From the NCBI GenBank assembly GCA_030390025.1, contig CM059431.1, forward strand, positions 151,592,001-151,656,000: a DNA stretch of 64,000 nucleotides, written 5' to 3'. The notes below the pieces were generated by a model that was not told where the DNA came from, searched no databases, and saw nothing but the letters and a program-made list of their open reading frames with translations. Positions 60,601-64,000 of the stretch are shown piece by piece (the stretch's first letter is position 1; each line of letters begins with the position of its first letter). The DNA comes from Squalus acanthias (lineage: Eukaryota). The position numbers and the translations under genes were made by a program.

Positions 60601-61025
60601 CTCGTCTATTTTGTTACGAATGCTACGTGCATTCAGATAGAGAACTTTCAAATATGCTTTGTGGCACTTAGTTCCTGCTTTTTCACTTTTTACCACTTTA
60701 CCTTTTACTCCACACACTCTGTCCCTTCCTGCCACGCTCTGATTTGTGATTCCCCTACTGCTACCTTTGTCTATGACCCTCTCTGTTGTCATTTTTATTT
60801 TTTGCTCTCTTGAAACCTCCCCCCCACTAATTAGTTTAAAGCCCTCTCCACAGCCCTAGTTATTCGATTCGCCAGGACACTAGTCCCAGCACTGGCCAAG
60901 TGAAGTCCGTCCCAACGGAACAGCTCTCTCCTGCCCCAGTACTGGTGCCAGTGTCCCAAGAAGCAAAACCCATTTTTCCCACACCAGTCTTTGAGCCACG
61001 CATTCAACTCCCTGATTTAATTAAC
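57611..61025 (-). mobile_element. Young CR1 LINE with nearly intact ORF2, 5'-truncated in ORF1; composite 3' end
   Basis: ORFs of 286, 372, 219 and 151 aa tile APE + RT (YLNARSI, KFADDTK) with few lesions; an extra HE1-like tail lies at 57611-57720. Confidence 0.92.
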
Positions 61026-63283
61026 CTAGCCAACCAGAGATCAGGACAGCTTAGACTGGGTATGATGTAACGAGAAAAGATTAATTAGCAATCTTGTTGA
61101 CCGAGGCCCCTTGGATCAGAGTGATCATAATATGATAGAATTCTTCATTAGGATGGAGAGTGAAGTCGTTGAATCAGAGACTAGGGTCCTGAAATTAAAT
61201 AAAGGAGACTACGATGGTATGAGGCGCGAATTGCGTAGGATTGATAGGGAATGTTACTCAAAGGTTTGACGGTGGATAGGCAATGGCAAGCATTCAAAGA
61301 CTGGATGGATGAACTACATAATTTGTTCATCCCGGTGTGGCATAAGAATAAAACAATAAGGGTGACTCAACCGTGGCTAACAAGGGAAATAAGGGATAGC
61401 ATCAGATCCAAGGAGAGGGCAAATAAATTGGCCAGAAAAGCAGTAATCCTGAGGATTGGGAGCAGTTTAGGATTTAATTTAGGAGTACAAAGGAATTAAT
61501 TAAGAAGGGGGAAATTGAATATGAAAGTAACCTTGCAGGGAACATAAAAACTGACTGTAAGAGCTTTTATAGATTTGTGAAGAGAAAAAGATTAGTGAAA
61601 TCAAGTGTAGGTTCCTTGCAGTCAGAAGCGGGGTAAGTTAGAATGGGGAACGAAGAAATGTCAGACCAATTAAATGCATATTTTGGTTCTGCCTTCACAA
61701 GGGAGGACACAAATAACCTCCCAGAGATGTTGGAGAACATAGGGTCTGATGAAAGGGAGGAACTGAAAGAAATCAGTATTTGGAGGGAAATGGTGTTACG
61801 GCAATTGAGGAGATTGAAGGCCGATAAATCCCCAGGGCCTTATAATCTACAGCCTAGGGTACTTAAGGAAGGGGCCCTAGAAATAGTAGATGCATTGCTG
61901 ATCATCTCCAACATTCGATGCAACCTGGAACTGTACCCATGGACTGGAGGGTAGCTAATGTTACCCAACTATTCGAAAAGGGTGGTAGAGAGAAAGAGGG
62001 GAATTACAGTAAGCCTGACATCGGTAGTGGGGAAAATGCTATAGTCCATTTTAAAAGATGTAATAGCTGAGCACTTGAAAAACAGTGACAGGATCGGACA
62101 AAGTCAACATGGATTTACAAAAGGTAAATCGTGCTTGACTAAACTACTGGAATTTTTTGAGGATGTAACTCTGAAAACAGATAAGGGAGAACCAGTAGAT
62201 GTGGTGTATTTGGACTTTCAAAAGGCTTTCGATAAGGTCCCGCATAAGAGATTAGCGTGTAAAGTTAATGCACATGGGATTGGGGGCAAGGTATTCACAG
62301 TATACATTAATGATCTGGATAAGGGAACTAAATGTAATATCTTCAAGTTTGCAGATGACAGAAAGCTGGGTGGGCGTGTGTGCTCCGAGGAGGATACTGA
62401 GCAACTCCAGAATGATTTGGACAGGTAGGGTGTGTGGGCAGAAGCGTGGCAGATGCAATACAACGTGGATAAACGTGGAGATTACCACTTTGGTGTCAAA
62501 AACAGAAAGGCGGACTATTATCTGAATGGCAATAGATTTGGAGAAGGGGAAGTGCAACGAGACCTGGGTTTCCTTGTGCACAAGTCGCTGAAGCTAACAA
62601 TGCAGGTGCAGCAGGCGGTGAAGAAGGCAAATGGTAGTTTGGCCTTCATAGCGAAAGGGTTTGAGTTTAGGAACAGGGATGTCCTGCTGCAGTTGTACAG
62701 GGCCTTGCTGAGACCACACATTGAGTACTGTGTGCAGTTTTGGTCGCATTAAATGAGGATGGATGTTCTTGCCATGGAAGGAGTTCTGCGAAGATTCACC
62801 AGGCTGATTCCTGGGATGGCAGGAATGACATATGAGGAGAGATTGGGTCGATTGGGTTTATACTCGCTGGATTCTAGAAGAATGAGAGGGGATCTCAAAG
62901 AGACATATAACATTCTGACAGGTCTGGACAAACTAGATGCAGGAAGAATGTTCCCGATGATCGGAGAGTCCAGAAACAGGGGTCATAATCTAAGGATAAG
63001 GGGTAAAACATTTAGGACAGAAATGAGGAAGAATTTCTTCACCCAGAGAGTGGTGAACCTGTGGAATTCTCTACCACAGAAGGTAGTTGAGGCCAAATCA
63101 TTAAATATATTCAAGAATGAGTTAGATATATTTCTTAAAGCTAAAGTTATCAAGGGATATGGGGAGAAGGCAGGTACAGGGTACTGAGTTTGGATGATCA
63201 GCCATGATCTCATCGAATGGCGGAGCAGGGTCGAGGGGCCGAATGGCCTACTCCTGCTCCTATCTTCTATGTTTCTATGTTTC

Positions 63284-63755
63284 CAAGTTTTAACGGAATG
63301 GTACCGGGCATGGGCATCTTAGCTACTAGGACAGGCTGGAGAAGCTGGATTTGTGTTCATTAGAGCAAAGGAGTATGAGGTGTGATTTGATAGAGGTTTA
63401 CAAGATGATGAAGGACTTTGATAGGCTAGACGTGGAAAGGCTGTTCCCACTCGTTAATGGTACATGGAATAGGTGACACAGATTTCAGGTTTTGGGCAAG
63501 AGATACAGTGGGGAATGTGAGGAAAATCTTTTTAACACAGCGAGTGGTGATGATCTGGAATTCGCTGACGACGTATCTGGTGGAAGCGGAGACACTCAAT
63601 ATTTTCAAGGGCATGCTGGGTAGGCACATGAGGGAAATAAACTTGCTGTGCTACGGGGATAGAGCGGGTGATTTGGGACTGACTGGTTTGCTCTACAGAG
63701 AGCCGTCACATACTCAATGGGCCGAATGGCCTCCTTCTGTGCCGTTATGACTCGA
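63284..63755 (+). mobile_element. 3' end of the CR1 interrupted at 55490
   Basis: GGAATGGTACCGGGCATGGGCATCTTAGCTAC.. continues the RT C-terminus; FLTQRVVMIWNSL. Confidence 0.8.
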
Positions 63756-64000
63756 GGATTATGACTCCACTGCTCACGCTCAATCATGACTGTTGTCCCA
63801 ACAATAATCTCGTTTACGTTCAAAACTGAAAGAAGGCAATTCTGAAACGGAACACGTTCTGCTGTTAAGCTCTAGTTAGGATAGAAAGCTCGGGTTTGAT
63901 CTTCATATTTTATTAAGCAAGATCCGAATCAATGTCCAGGGTGATTGCAACATCTTTACCAGCTCTTCCCTGAATATGGTTTGAGTCGCTGCATAAATGC

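Larger units (their letters stand above)
55491..63283 (+). mobile_element. Near full-length CR1 LINE (5'UTR, ORF1, ORF2, tail), interrupted at ~57611-61025
   Basis: MSGELRTVICSSCYMW..HMCGKC, IGDSIVR, EYRPPN, IGDFNL, KFADDRK; (TTCTATGT)n tail at ~63265-63283. Confidence 0.9.

Noticed and set aside
63760..64000. Unassigned sequence at the window end
   Set aside because: No recognisable motif or homology within the window; too short to interpret

Overview
Gene-free, repeat-saturated vertebrate DNA, probably from a shark or ray: several LINE tails resemble the elasmobranch HER1 LINE/HE1 SINE 3' end (recognised from memory, not searched). Most of the window is nested, decayed retroelements: many CR1 LINEs (four retaining part or all of ORF1 plus ORF2), L2 fragments, a second CR1-clade family, two Penelope-like elements and two solo LTRs. 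The centrepiece is a complete 12.7-kb provirus (15507-28249). It has ~1.65-kb LTRs, a GGAT target-site duplication, a tRNA-Arg(UCG) primer binding site, gag-pol joined in frame across UGA-CUAG, a retrovirus-type double RNase H, and an env built like a paramyxo/pneumovirus F protein with an extra N-terminal immunoglobulin-like domain. This architecture suggests a lokiretrovirus-like element (inference). The residual non-TE backbone looks like a decayed, duplicated tRNA-Lys(UUU) array with at least 7 degenerate copies. No host protein-coding exon could be supported. All alignments were done by eye, and boundaries of old elements are approximate.
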